Part shown: positions 59,128 to 59,147 of the stretch, piece after piece | Layout of the letters: every line of letters begins with the position of its first letter | Position numbering within the stretch: position 1 is the first letter of the stretch | Assembly: GCA_017640265.1 (NCBI GenBank) | Contig: JAGFVZ010000001.1 | Location: forward strand, 1-59,147 | Direction of reading: 5' to 3' | From: Pelagibacteraceae bacterium | Lineage (GTDB): Bacteria > Pseudomonadota > Alphaproteobacteria > Pelagibacterales > Pelagibacteraceae | Length of the DNA: 59,147 nucleotides | Notes under the pieces: generated by a model | What the model saw: only the letters and a program-made list of their open reading frames with translations | The model's database searches: none | What the model was told of the DNA's origin: nothing | Program-made: the position numbers and the translations under genes

Positions 59128-59147
59128 TATTGCGCTCCTAAATAAGC
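59127..59147 (-). CDS. 3' end of an upstream ORF, probably a LivG-like ATPase (only 6 codons plus stop in the window)
   Basis: The minus strand reads ..AYLGAQ-TAA. The AYLG ending matches the LivG-type C-terminus, and the stop overlaps the next ATG. Confidence 0.35.
   Translation of the reverse strand, partial: AYLGAQ

Noticed and set aside
1-59147. CRISPR arrays, tRNA/rRNA genes, IS elements, integrases, prophage or defence-system genes, toxin-antitoxin pairs.
   Set aside because: I saw no direct-repeat/spacer periodicity and no transposase, integrase or phage-like ORFs. Apart from 20.2-20.5 kb, no GC-rich intergenic segment is long enough for a tRNA. This was a visual scan only; tRNAscan-SE, Infernal and a repeat finder should confirm it.

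Overview
The window is AT-rich (roughly 30% G+C by eye) and very gene-dense. Intergenic spacers are mostly 0-150 bp and many adjacent genes share stop/start nucleotides. Gene content and architecture look like a streamlined marine alphaproteobacterium of the SAR11/Pelagibacterales type; this is an inference from content, with no database search run. Almost everything is core housekeeping:
- an Rrf2-regulated suf Fe-S operon (Rrf2-sufBCDS-sufU)
- anmK/tyrS, an AsmA-like envelope protein, prfB with its canonical +1 frameshift site, PBP1A and RNase E
- thiSG and aroQ-accBC
- mnmA, cysQ-like, recX, bcp, HU, rseP, rhomboid and bactofilin
- LysR plus an AcuI/YhdH-type reductase, then folE and hisI
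- a tandem glycine riboswitch driving gcvT-gcvH-gcvP plus an FAD oxidoreductase
- a PQQ-type sugar dehydrogenase and pxpABC (5-oxoprolinase)
- acnA-prpD
- a Liv-type ABC importer, with a compositionally distinct and probably highly expressed binding protein
- a small cluster of a CsiD-like Fe(II)/2-oxoglutarate dioxygenase with AzlCD, a dienelactone-hydrolase-like protein and a second Liv ATPase pair

I saw no rRNA, tRNA, CRISPR array, transposase, integrase or phage genes, and no convincing defence or other novel multi-gene system.

The items most worth a second look:
1. A roughly 47% G+C, ORF-free, pseudoknot-containing structured-RNA island sits between two convergent genes at about 20.2-20.5 kb. 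I could not assign it to a class.
2. Five otherwise conserved genes (anmK, AsmA-like, mrcA, rne, PQQ dehydrogenase) have interrupted reading frames, mostly at short A/T runs. This is probably assembly error, but it should be verified.
3. The CsiD-like/AzlCD/Liv cluster has unknown substrate specificity.
4. Several plausible micro-ORFs lie below the 60-aa cutoff of the ORF track.

All coordinates and motifs come from hand translation of the given sequence.
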